Origin: Clostridia bacterium
Lineage (GTDB): Bacteria > Bacillota > Clostridia > JAAYHZ01
Assembly: GCA_050950825.1 (NCBI GenBank)
Contig: JBMNIH010000003.1
Coordinates: forward strand, 333,117 to 397,116
DNA length: 64,000 bases
Direction of reading: 5' to 3'
Shown here: positions 63,810 through 64,000 of the stretch, one piece after another
Position numbering within the stretch: position 1 is the stretch's first letter
Layout of the letters: every line of letters starts with the position of its first letter
Program-made: the position numbers and the translations under genes
Notes under the pieces: generated by a model
Database searches by the model: none
What the model saw: the letters and a program-made list of their open reading frames with translations, nothing else
Told to the model about the DNA's origin: nothing

Positions 63810-64000
63810 TTTTGTAAAACCCTCTTAAATCGTCTCGAACGATTCGGCCCTGCGAAAGCTCGATGACTCTTTTGTTCATTTTATTCACCATATTCGTATC
63901 GTGGGTGGCAACAAGGACGGTAGTTCCACCCTCGTTGATTCTGTCCAATAAATACATAATGTGCTCCGATGTATTCGGGTCCAAATTCCCCGTAGGCTCG
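63799..64000 (-). CDS. ftsE: Cell-division ATP-binding protein FtsE (3' part only; 5' end beyond window)
   Basis: C-terminal ABC ATPase segment (VLVATHD, H-loop); reading frame runs off the window end. Confidence 0.8.
   Translation of the reverse strand, partial: EPTGNLDPNTSEHIMYLLDRINEGGTTVLVATHDTNMVNKMNKRVIELSQGRIVRDDLRGFYKNEA

Overview
64-kb window from a low-GC, endospore-forming Firmicute (Clostridia-like; inferred from spoIIR, cwlD, GerM-like, SASP-like, T-box and gene order). Nearly all genes are on the minus strand. Core content: rpmG-secE-nusG-rplK-rplA-rplJ-rplL with an L10 leader, lysS, greA, guaB, spoIIR, pyrG, ddl, proS with a T-box leader, ispD/ispF, carD, cwlD, an ABC-F ATPase, a five-tRNA cluster (Val-Asp-Phe-Gly-Cys), hslO, ctpA and M23 peptidase-ftsX-ftsE. 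Accessory content: (1) a partial, frameshifted IS4-superfamily element beside a pentitol-type catabolic operon (ribulokinase, RPE-like epimerase, Zn-dehydrogenase, divergent SorC regulator); (2) two paralogous solute-binding lipoproteins with no permease partners; (3) a radical SAM/SPASM peptide-maturase-like gene with no precursor peptide nearby; (4) the most unusual locus, a minus-strand cluster of DegT-like aminotransferase, URO-D-like pseudogene, two cytoplasmic BNR/sialidase-like propellers, an amidohydrolase-aminotransferase fusion and a binding protein, whose divergent AraC-type regulator is split by a ~3.16-kb insertion element (rve transposase + AAA+ ATPase) flanked by a 6-bp duplication. 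Three accessory genes carry frameshifts at homopolymer runs, so sequencing error cannot be separated from real decay. All calls come from reading the supplied translations and the nucleotide sequence by eye; no database search or computation was run, and family assignments rest on recalled motifs.
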